From Elusimicrobiota bacterium (GTDB lineage Bacteria; Elusimicrobiota; Elusimicrobia; F11), in NCBI GenBank assembly GCA_046153645.1, contig JBJXGI010000077.1, positions 1 to 33,308 on the forward strand: a stretch of DNA of 33,308 bases, in the 5' to 3' direction. The notes under the pieces are model-generated. The model was not told where the DNA came from and searched no databases. It saw nothing but the letters and a program-made list of their open reading frames with translations. The translations under genes were made by a program, and so were the position numbers. Each line of letters opens with the position of its first letter. Position 1 is the first letter of the stretch. Positions 1-8,000 of this stretch are shown here, in pieces.

Positions 1-129
1 TCACAGCGTTTGGATCGCGGTTAGAATCAAAAAACAGCGCCTTTTCTCGTCAAAAATCGCATTTTTCCCGTCAGAAATGCTCAGAATCAATCTTGCTCGA
101 AAATAGGCCTCATTTCGCAACTGCCCCAT
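1..129 (-). CDS. Possible 42-aa small ORF (MGQLRNEAYFRARLILSISDGKNAIFDEKRRCFLILTAIQTL); may instead be non-coding or an IS-end remnant
   Basis: ATG at 129-127, purine-rich GAAGGAAGG immediately upstream, TGA at 3-1. No recognisable motif. Confidence 0.2.
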   Translation of the reverse strand: MGQLRNEAYFRARLILSISDGKNAIFDEKRRCFLILTAIQTL

Positions 130-180
130 CCTTCCTTCGTTAAATCTTAATCTCAAATTAAAGCCATTTTAATCAGACCT

Positions 181-200
181 TTGTAACATTGATGTAACAA
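181..200 (+). promoter_or_regulatory. Candidate transcription-factor site: TGTAACA direct repeat with 11-bp period (OmpR/PhoB-like geometry)
   Basis: TTGTAACATTGATGTAACAA with TGTAACA at 182-188 and 193-199, ~40 bp upstream of the ATG at 240. Confidence 0.4.
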
Positions 201-239
201 GGAATGAGAAATGTGGCTTTTAATTTATAGGGAAAAATA

Positions 240-1355
240 ATGAATAAATTGAGTCTCTTAAAATTAACAAAAAAAATGACAACACTGATGATAACTTCAG
301 TTGTTTTCTTTCCTATATATAGTTGGGCTGGATCAACCTCCGGTGCAGACTTCCTTAAAATTCCAATAGGAGCTGAAACGGCCTCTCTGGGTCAAGCTTC
401 AAGTGCTATGTCATCTGGAGTCAGCGCTCTTAATTCCAACCCTGCCGGAATTTCTCAGAAGCCAAAACAAGTGAGTAATCCCACCGCTTTATTTTCTTTC
501 TCTCATCAAGATCATTTTCAACAAACAACATTCGATCATGTCGGGGTTGTTTTTCCTGGAAATATCAAAAGTAAAAATGTTACTTATGGTTTTAATATAT
601 TGAGACTTTCATATGGAAAAGAAGAGCTTCGCGGTGAAAATAGAGAAGTCTTAGGTCATGCGGAGTCTTCTGATCTGGCGATTGGGGGGGCTTTTGGTCT
701 TCAAATTCAAGGTGTCCAAATAGGAAGCCAAGTAAAAATTATCCGCCAATCTTTAGCGGGCGAAACAGCCAATGGTTATGCGCTTGATCTGGGCGTCTTA
801 TCTAGAACCTCTATTCGTGGATTACAAATTGGCGGATCAATCAGAAACTTAGGCCCTCAAATGAATTTCATTTCAGAAAATTTTAAATTACCTCTGACAC
901 TTTCTTTAGGCGCAGCTTTTCAAGTAAAAGGTCCACTCACATTTGCTTTAGACCTTATTGAACGACCCCATCAAAAACAATTTTCTGTCGCTTTTGGATC
1001 AGAATTCAGGGCTTCAAGCTCGGTTGCTTTAAGAGCGGGATACCTCACGAAATTAGCCGATTCAGTTGTTAATAATCGAAAAACTGATTCAAACTCCAGT
1101 TCTATTGGCAATCTTAATGGACTAACCGGTGGAATTGGAATTAAACTTTCTCAATTTTCCATTGATTATGCGATGACGCCATTTGCTGATTTAGGAAATG
1201 TTCAAACCTTTACTTTGTCGACTTGGTTTGGAGGCACAAAACCAGCGAGCACGCCTGTGTTTATGGGACCTGATACAAAAGAACAGCCTTCTAAAGACTT
1301 ATATAAAATTGATTCTCCTGCGCATGAGCCCTTTTGGGATAAGCTAAAATTTTGA
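240..1355 (+). CDS. PorV/PorQ (UPF0164)-family outer-membrane beta-barrel protein
   Basis: Signal peptide ending ...YSWA. Family N-terminal signature GADFLKIPIGA..ASLGQA...ALNSNPAG, amphipathic strands (GYALDLGVL, IGGSIRNLGP, ALRAGY), and a C-terminal FSIDYAMTPFADLGNVQTFTLS strand pair followed by a Pro-rich tail. Confidence 0.8.
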   Translation: MNKLSLLKLTKKMTTLMITSVVFFPIYSWAGSTSGADFLKIPIGAETASLGQASSAMSSGVSALNSNPAGISQKPKQVSNPTALFSFSHQDHFQQTTFDHVGVVFPGNIKSKNVTYGFNILRLSYGKEELRGENREVLGHAESSDLAIGGAFGLQIQGVQIGSQVKIIRQSLAGETANGYALDLGVLSRTSIRGLQIGGSIRNLGPQMNFISENFKLPLTLSLGAAFQVKGPLTFALDLIERPHQKQFSVAFGSEFRASSSVALRAGYLTKLADSVVNNRKTDSNSSSIGNLNGLTGGIGIKLSQFSIDYAMTPFADLGNVQTFTLSTWFGGTKPASTPVFMGPDTKEQPSKDLYKIDSPAHEPFWDKLKF

Positions 1356-1367
1356 TATTGTTTCAAA

Positions 1368-3062
1368 ATGTCCCATAAACCAAAAGTAGTTGAAGTCGCA
1401 ATGGAAATTTCATTTCCAAGAGCTCTTCTAGAAAAAATCGGTATAAACGCCTCTCCTCAAAAAGCTCGCGAAGCAGCCATGTCTACCTCCGTTGGTGGAA
1501 TTGGTCCTCTTTTAAGAGAAAGAATTGCTGAACAATCAACGCAAGATATAGATGTTATAGGCGTGACCCTCTTATATGAATCCGTTTGGATTCAAACTTG
1601 GCATGAGTGGGGACAAATAAATTTAAATAAAAAGAAAATTGGTGAAACGCTCAGGCAGTTTCTAACACCTACAGACATAAGTTTTGATCTTGAAATATTT
1701 GATGGCACAACAATTAAAGTAACCGCCTGGAAATTGTTGTATGAAAAATCAGAAGTTTACTTTCTCTCTGCTCCCAGTATTACCGATGTTGTTTACCCGG
1801 GCCCAAAAGACGCTCCGGCAGACTCTGAAAATCCAGGTTTATGGGCTCATCTTCAAAGACTTAAACATAGTTGGGTGGTTGGACGTGGTGCACTAGAGCT
1901 TTCAAAACAACTGAATCGACGTGTTGATATAATAACCTTAAGTGAAACCCCGTCATTATTCGCTCATCACAAAATTGTTAAAGATATTTACCAGAACGAT
2001 CCCTTCTTTAATGAAACTAAATACATTTTTAATGATCACACTCCGCTTGAATATGCACATCCTATTTGGGACGTTGAAACACTTGAAACAATTAAGATGG
2101 ATCCTGCCATTTATCATTCGTCCCAAGGTTGGAACGCAGCAAAAAAAACACTTGATATCACAAGTCTCTTGGTGGGTGTTTGCGAAGGCGTTTATGGGGT
2201 AGCCAAAAAACACGAAGTTGTTATGAAAGCGATGCCATCATTAAAGATATATGAAAATAAAATTAAGTCGATTACCAATGGAGTTAGGGTTGATGATTGG
2301 CAAAACCCAAAACTTAAAAATCATCAAGATTTATCAGATACTGAATTACTTAACATCAAAACAGAAGCAAAAAAAGTTTTTTTAGATTTTTTATGGCGGC
2401 ATTGTAAACTTTGGCCTCAATGGGCCGAGCGCTCTTTGAATAAAAAGTTCATTCTGTGGACAAGGCGTATTACTCCCTACAAAAGACTAGATGCGCTTAT
2501 CCGCTTATTAAAAAACCCGGATATGAGAGAAAGGTTTTCTCTCCTCAATGTGGTTATTGTTGTAGGCGGAAGGATTCATCAAGAAGACAATAAAGCGCAA
2601 GACATGGTTTATGAATTGGTAGATGTTTTAGAAAAAAATATAAAAATCCAAGAACAAGTAATCCTTTTAGATAATTTTAACGTTTGGGAGGGCAATAAAT
2701 TATTTATGGGAACTGATGCCGCCATCATGTTGGCAGATGATACCCGCGAAGCTTCAGCAACAGGATTTATGAAAGCCCAAATGAATGGGGCCGTTATTTT
2801 GGCTACTTCAGATGGCGCTATTCCGGAATTTGTGCATTTCCAAGGGCAAAGCCATAATCCCAATGGATTCTTTATTCCTTATATTAATGGGGAGCCCCAA
2901 CCGGAAGGATTGCTTAATGCCTTAGAATCATTTGAGTCAGCATTTAATGATCCTGACCAAAGAATAAAAATGATTCGCGCAGCCCTGTTGGAAACACCGA
3001 ATGTGAGCGTAACAAGAACTGTTCATGAAATGAAAAGTTTTTATAATAATATTCTCAAATGA
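1368..3062 (+). CDS. glgP: Alpha-glucan (glycogen/maltodextrin) phosphorylase family GT35, short divergent form
   Basis: AMEI...GGIG (canonical GGLG), FNDHTP, ITNGV, TRRITPYKR, and a PLP-lysine signature variant EASATGFMKAQMNG followed by ATSDG. Confidence 0.75.
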   Translation: MSHKPKVVEVAMEISFPRALLEKIGINASPQKAREAAMSTSVGGIGPLLRERIAEQSTQDIDVIGVTLLYESVWIQTWHEWGQINLNKKKIGETLRQFLTPTDISFDLEIFDGTTIKVTAWKLLYEKSEVYFLSAPSITDVVYPGPKDAPADSENPGLWAHLQRLKHSWVVGRGALELSKQLNRRVDIITLSETPSLFAHHKIVKDIYQNDPFFNETKYIFNDHTPLEYAHPIWDVETLETIKMDPAIYHSSQGWNAAKKTLDITSLLVGVCEGVYGVAKKHEVVMKAMPSLKIYENKIKSITNGVRVDDWQNPKLKNHQDLSDTELLNIKTEAKKVFLDFLWRHCKLWPQWAERSLNKKFILWTRRITPYKRLDALIRLLKNPDMRERFSLLNVVIVVGGRIHQEDNKAQDMVYELVDVLEKNIKIQEQVILLDNFNVWEGNKLFMGTDAAIMLADDTREASATGFMKAQMNGAVILATSDGAIPEFVHFQGQSHNPNGFFIPYINGEPQPEGLLNALESFESAFNDPDQRIKMIRAALLETPNVSVTRTVHEMKSFYNNILK

Positions 3063-3982
3063 ACAAAAAACTCCAGCAATATTTTGAAATTAATTCAAAA
3101 ATTATAAATAAGGCTTTAGATAGATTTCTCCCCGGAACAAAAAAAACGCCTCATGTAATTCACGAGGCGATGCGATATTCAATTAATGCTGGCGGAAAAA
3201 GGTTACGCCCTATTCTGGTTATGGCCGCGGCCGAAATATGCGGGGGGAAAAAATCAAGTGTCATTCCTGCTGCTTGTGCGATGGAAATGATCCACACCTA
3301 CTCATTGGTTCATGACGATCTCCCCGCCATGGATGATGACGACCTAAGAAGAGGCAAACCAACCAGTCATAAAGTTTTTGGTGAAGACATCGCCATTTTA
3401 ACGGGTGACGCTTTATTAACAACGGCATTTGATCTTTTAGCTATCAATGCCAAATTAAAAGGAATTGTGAAAGAATCAATCCCAGAGGCTCTTAGGATTG
3501 TGGTTAAGGCTGCTGGAACCTTTGGCATGATTGGAGGTCAAGTTGCTGATATCAAAGCAGATAAAGGCCGTTGGAAGAACCTAAAAGGAACCGAATTTAC
3601 CTCTCCTCAGGCATTATTAGAATATATTCATCTGCATAAAACCTCTGCTCTTATACAGGGAAGCCTATTATTAGGAGCAGTTTTGGTGGGCGCTACACCA
3701 AGGCAAAAACAAGCTTTAAACCAATACGGACGCTATTTAGGCCTTACCTTTCAAGTAACTGATGACATCCTCGATATTATTGGAGATAAAAAGAAGTTAG
3801 GCAAAAGGGGGAGCGATCAGAAAAATGCCAAATTAACTTACCCAGCCCTCTTTGGCCTCCAAAATTCACAAAAACGAGCTGAAATCTATACTCAAAAAGC
3901 TATTTCGGCCCTTAATTTGTTTGGTAAAAAAAATCACCTCTTAACTGACCTTGCCAACTTTATCTTCCAGCGCGATCATTAA
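3059..3982 (+). CDS. ispA: Polyprenyl (farnesyl/geranylgeranyl) diphosphate synthase
   Basis: GGKRLRP, FARM HTYSLVHDDLPAMDDDDLRRGKPT, GGQ..D, HKT, SARM FQVTDDILD, KLTYP. ATGA overlap with the upstream gene. Confidence 0.93.
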   Translation: MNKKLQQYFEINSKIINKALDRFLPGTKKTPHVIHEAMRYSINAGGKRLRPILVMAAAEICGGKKSSVIPAACAMEMIHTYSLVHDDLPAMDDDDLRRGKPTSHKVFGEDIAILTGDALLTTAFDLLAINAKLKGIVKESIPEALRIVVKAAGTFGMIGGQVADIKADKGRWKNLKGTEFTSPQALLEYIHLHKTSALIQGSLLLGAVLVGATPRQKQALNQYGRYLGLTFQVTDDILDIIGDKKKLGKRGSDQKNAKLTYPALFGLQNSQKRAEIYTQKAISALNLFGKKNHLLTDLANFIFQRDH

Positions 3983-4007
3983 TCCAATTAATAATTAGTA
4001 AAGGTAG

Positions 4008-4138
4008 TTGTTACATCAACAGGCGATGAAAAATGTTTATTTTCAGGTGTTTTTAGTCGTTTTTAGTGGAAATATTGTTGCATGGTTTGAGTGGATGTCA
4101 TGATAAGATAATGATGGAAAGATGACATATAAGTGACA
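4008..4138. promoter_or_regulatory. Putative regulatory region upstream of the envelope cluster
   Basis: TTGTTACATCAA (4008-4019) is the exact reverse complement of 189-200. TGACA repeats with an 11-bp period at 4123-4127 and 4134-4138. ATGTCAT (4095-4101) and ATGACAT (4122-4128) form an inverted pair. RBS GGAG at 4196-4199. Confidence 0.35.
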
Positions 4139-4207
4139 AAAGTTCTCTTGTAAATTCCTCGATACAAAGGTATCTCTTGAATACGATAGGGACTAGGAGC
4201 AACCCAT

Positions 4208-4609
4208 ATGATTTCAAATTTTATGAATTTAAGTATAAAAACGTGGTTTTCAATAATTTTAATTAAATTTCTTATAATTATTAATGGATTTTCAGTTGTT
4301 TCAGCAGATACCCATCATTTTAATATTAATACACCCACGCCTCTTTGCCCTGGGCTCAATAAAATAGAAATCGAATCTAAATCGGCGACAGATAAATTGA
4401 ATCAAAGCGACAATCAAGCCATTACAGTAATTACTTTTATTGGAGACACAAACAAAACCCAAACAATTGGATTGATATCAGGAAAACAAACAATTGAATT
4501 AGATTTAAAAAAAGACCTGATAAACATGATTCAAATTATGAGTGTAAACAATCCATTATTGGTCGCCTATAAAGACCTAACCCCAGTGCATTGTAAAGGG
4601 GAGAAATAA
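4208..4609 (+). CDS. Small exported protein, probably a single Ig-like domain resembling the first domain of the downstream giant protein
   Basis: GGAG RBS, hydrophobic signal peptide ending VVSA, beta-rich mature part (DTHHFNI...IEIESK...), two Cys. The stop codon lies 1 nt before the next ATG. Confidence 0.7.
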   Translation: MISNFMNLSIKTWFSIILIKFLIIINGFSVVSADTHHFNINTPTPLCPGLNKIEIESKSATDKLNQSDNQAITVITFIGDTNKTQTIGLISGKQTIELDLKKDLINMIQIMSVNNPLLVAYKDLTPVHCKGEK

Positions 4610-4610
4610 G

Positions 4611-5048
4611 ATGTTTAAAAAGCTGCTATCTTCAATTGGAATTATTACTTTTTTCTCTGGATTTCTTTTCGCTTTGCCAGTTCATCATTACGATATAACT
4701 AAACTGACAGATTCCGATATTAGTGTTGTAACTCGAGGAAAACAATATTTATTTCGCATTGAAGCAAAAGATATTAATGGAAATATCCCAACCTCTGGGC
4801 AACAAGAGTCTGTTGTTATTAATTGTGGTGGAGTTAGCCCTTGTAATATCTCAATTGATTCACCAGCAGACACGCCGCTTGGAAGTGGTCGTTACACTCC
4901 TGATCCAACAGGTGTTATTTTGGCAATCATTAAATTTACCAGTGCTCCTGAAGGCATTTTATTAACGGCCAAAAATTTTAATACCCCATTTATTACTGGT
5001 AGTACCCCCCATCACAGTACAAAGATTTCCAACTCAATTTTCTTTTAG
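4611..5048 (+). CDS. N-terminal fragment (signal peptide plus first Ig-like domain) of the frameshifted giant surface protein
   Basis: GGGGAG RBS and Sec signal MFKKLLSSIGIITFFSGFLFA. After ...ITGSTP the sequence continues sensibly in the +1 frame into the 5062 ORF. Confidence 0.75.
   Translation: MFKKLLSSIGIITFFSGFLFALPVHHYDITKLTDSDISVVTRGKQYLFRIEAKDINGNIPTSGQQESVVINCGGVSPCNISIDSPADTPLGSGRYTPDPTGVILAIIKFTSAPEGILLTAKNFNTPFITGSTPHHSTKISNSIFF
5005..5010 (+). repeat. C6 homopolymer at the apparent frameshift joining 4611-5048 and 5062-10494
   Basis: AGT ACC CCC C|ATC ACA GTA CAA. Removing one C gives GSTPITVQRFPTQFSFSTPLSVDAGVPFTISITALD with no stop, for a 1960-aa product. Confidence 0.65.
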
Positions 5049-5061
5049 TACGCCATTAAGC

Positions 5062-8000
5062 GTGGACGCGGGAGTTCCCTTTACCATTAGTATCACCGCT
5101 TTGGACGCGACGGCAACGACCGTGACAAGTTTTAGAGATTCTGTTCAATTAAGTGAGACATTAAACGGTTTTAATATTTCGAGTGTTTTAGGGTCTAACT
5201 TTTTTAATGGTATCGCCACTGCAACAGTCACATTAGAAGCTGGAGACGCCATTAGTCATGTTAATAGAATTCAAGGAACAAACAGTTTGGTTTATTTTGG
5301 GCAAGGCACAGCCGCTTCTGGAATCAGCAATAACATACTCGTTAATCCTGATGCCTATGATAGAATTGTTCAAGTTTTTCCTGGCGAAATCTTAACTCCT
5401 GGTATTCCTCCTGGAAAAAATTCAGCGGGAACTCTACCTCAAGTTGCTAACCAACCTGTGGTTCCTGTAAAAGTTTTTGCAACCGATCAATTTTATAACC
5501 CCATATTGGTAGGAATTCCTTCACCTTTAAATATTTCATTTTTTTCCAATGTTGGAAGTGATATTTTACCTCCAACAACTCAACTCGTTTCAAATCCGCT
5601 CCAATTCTTGGCTTCAGAATTTATTTTTCCAACTGTGGGAACAAGAATTATTCAAGCTCAACCAAGTGTCAATGTAGGAAACACAAGTCAAAGCACCATT
5701 ACTGTTAATGCGGGGCAAGTTGACCATTATTTATTTACCATTCAACCAGCCAATGGTTCTATTCTAACGGCTGATGTTCCTTTTACCATTCAAATAACAG
5801 CCTACGATTCCGCAAATAACGTAAAAATAGATTTTAACGGAACTTTTTCGGATGCATTTGAAGCCGAGTTAATTGGGACCCCTTCATTAATTGATAAGAA
5901 ATGGATTGATACCAACCCTGGAACAGAGAATCCAGATAACACCATCACATTTGTTAATGGTATCGGAAATCTATCGAATAGCATGATGATCACAAGAAAA
6001 TGGCCCAATGTGAGACTTATTTTTAGAGATGGCGCAGGAATTCAAGTTGTTTCAAATATTTGGAATATAAATGAAGGATCTCCAAAAAAGATTCTATTAA
6101 CCTATAAACCCAGTCAATCTTATACGCCTGGAACGTATCCAGGAAACAATGGGCTTCCAGCTCAAATCACAGCCGGAGATATTGTCACATTGGAAGCTCG
6201 CCTTGTTGATGGAAGATGGAATGTAACCTCAGGACCCACAACCGACAACACAACCATTACTTTAAGTGGTCAAACAAATAATCACTATATCGATATTTTT
6301 GGTGGTCTGCCAGATTTCCCACCAACAGGTGAACTTATTGCTTCTGATTCATTTCAAGTTCGCTTTAGAACAGCTGGGAACCAATATTTAAATGCTGGCG
6401 CAGGAGGGGCTTCAGGAAACTTTACAACACCAAGCGATACGATAAGAGTAAATCCTGGCACTTATGCGAAAATGGCTTTGGTCGCTCCCGGAGAAACATT
6501 GCGCCCTGGTATTCCAAGTTTATTACAACCAGATGGAAAAGAAGGAACGCCCAATATCCAACAAGTCGGCAATCCTTTTGTTTTATCTGCCTATGCAACA
6601 GATCAATATTGGAATCCAATCCAAAGCTTTACTTATCCGCGAATAGATTTTACCGTTCAAGATCCAAGTCACACGCATATACCCTTGACTCCTTTAACAA
6701 TGGGAGGATCACGTGAAGATTTCAACTTTACGCTGCAATCGCTGCTTTTACCTCAAATTACTGTTTTTGATACCGCTGATAACCTCAAACAACAAACGGT
6801 TTCTATTAATACTTCCGCTGGTGTACTAGATCATTTTGAAATGGATACCATTTCTTCACCTCAATTTGCTGGTGCTCCATTTAATATAACAATGCGGGCC
6901 GAAGATGAATTTGGAAATACCATACCTTCTCCTTTTACTGTCACTTTAACCCCTACAACAGGGACTGGGACAATGTCTCCAACCACAGTGAATCTCGTTA
7001 ATGGAACTTTCACAGGTGCCGTAACAATGTTTGCTTCATCTCCTTCTGTGAAAATAAATATGTCCATGGCAGGTCAACCCCAAGCCACAAGAGAAAGTAA
7101 TTCTTTTATAGTTTTACCATCACCTCAAGGGTATAAAAAGTTACTCCTGCTTTTAGATGGTGAATTTATTGCGCAGGGAACTATTTTAGGTAAAACAGGG
7201 TCCCCAACTCCCAAAACGGCAGGTGTTATTTCCATTGCCAGAGCGATCGCTTGTGACCCTTTTTATAATCCGGTCAATGTTTCAGGAATTGTAGAATTTC
7301 AAAGTAATCGCTACACTCAATTTGGATCTGCTCAAGGAAACTTAGTGAATATCAATGGTTACGGAGAATACGCTACAACCATGATTCCTAGAGCGGCAGC
7401 AACTCATACCGTAACATTGAGAGACGTCAATTTAGATGGAACAGTTGCCAGATCTACAAGTGTGGTAGTAGCCAATCCCGGTACTTATAGAAAAATCCAA
7501 TATTTACTTCCTGGAGAAGTTGCCGATCCAGGGACATTTTTACCCAATGGAAAAACAATTGCTCCACCACTTGATCAACAGGTTTCCCGACCATTTAATG
7601 TTCAATTAAGAGCTGTTGATGATTTTTGGAACCTTGTTAGTTTTAATGATGGGGACTTAAGACTTATCGCTGATATCACTTCCATATTCTTTACTCCTCC
7701 TAATAATCTGGGTGGTCCCAACCCAAGGAAATATTCGCTTGGAATTTCCACACGTCAAGTTATTATAGGTCAACAAGGAATAACCACCTTAGGAGTTATT
7801 GACGATCAGAATTTATCTAAACCAGGGCAATCTGTTCAGGTTAATGTTGTGCCAGGAGCCGTATACGCGTTTTATGCTTCTTCATTTGCGACGGCCGGCG
7901 TCCCATTCTCACTAACAATCCGATTAGAAGAAAATGGTGTACCCGTGGTTGGATACAATGAATCAATTTTCTTAAGCGCTGCTCTTCCCAGTGGAAACCC

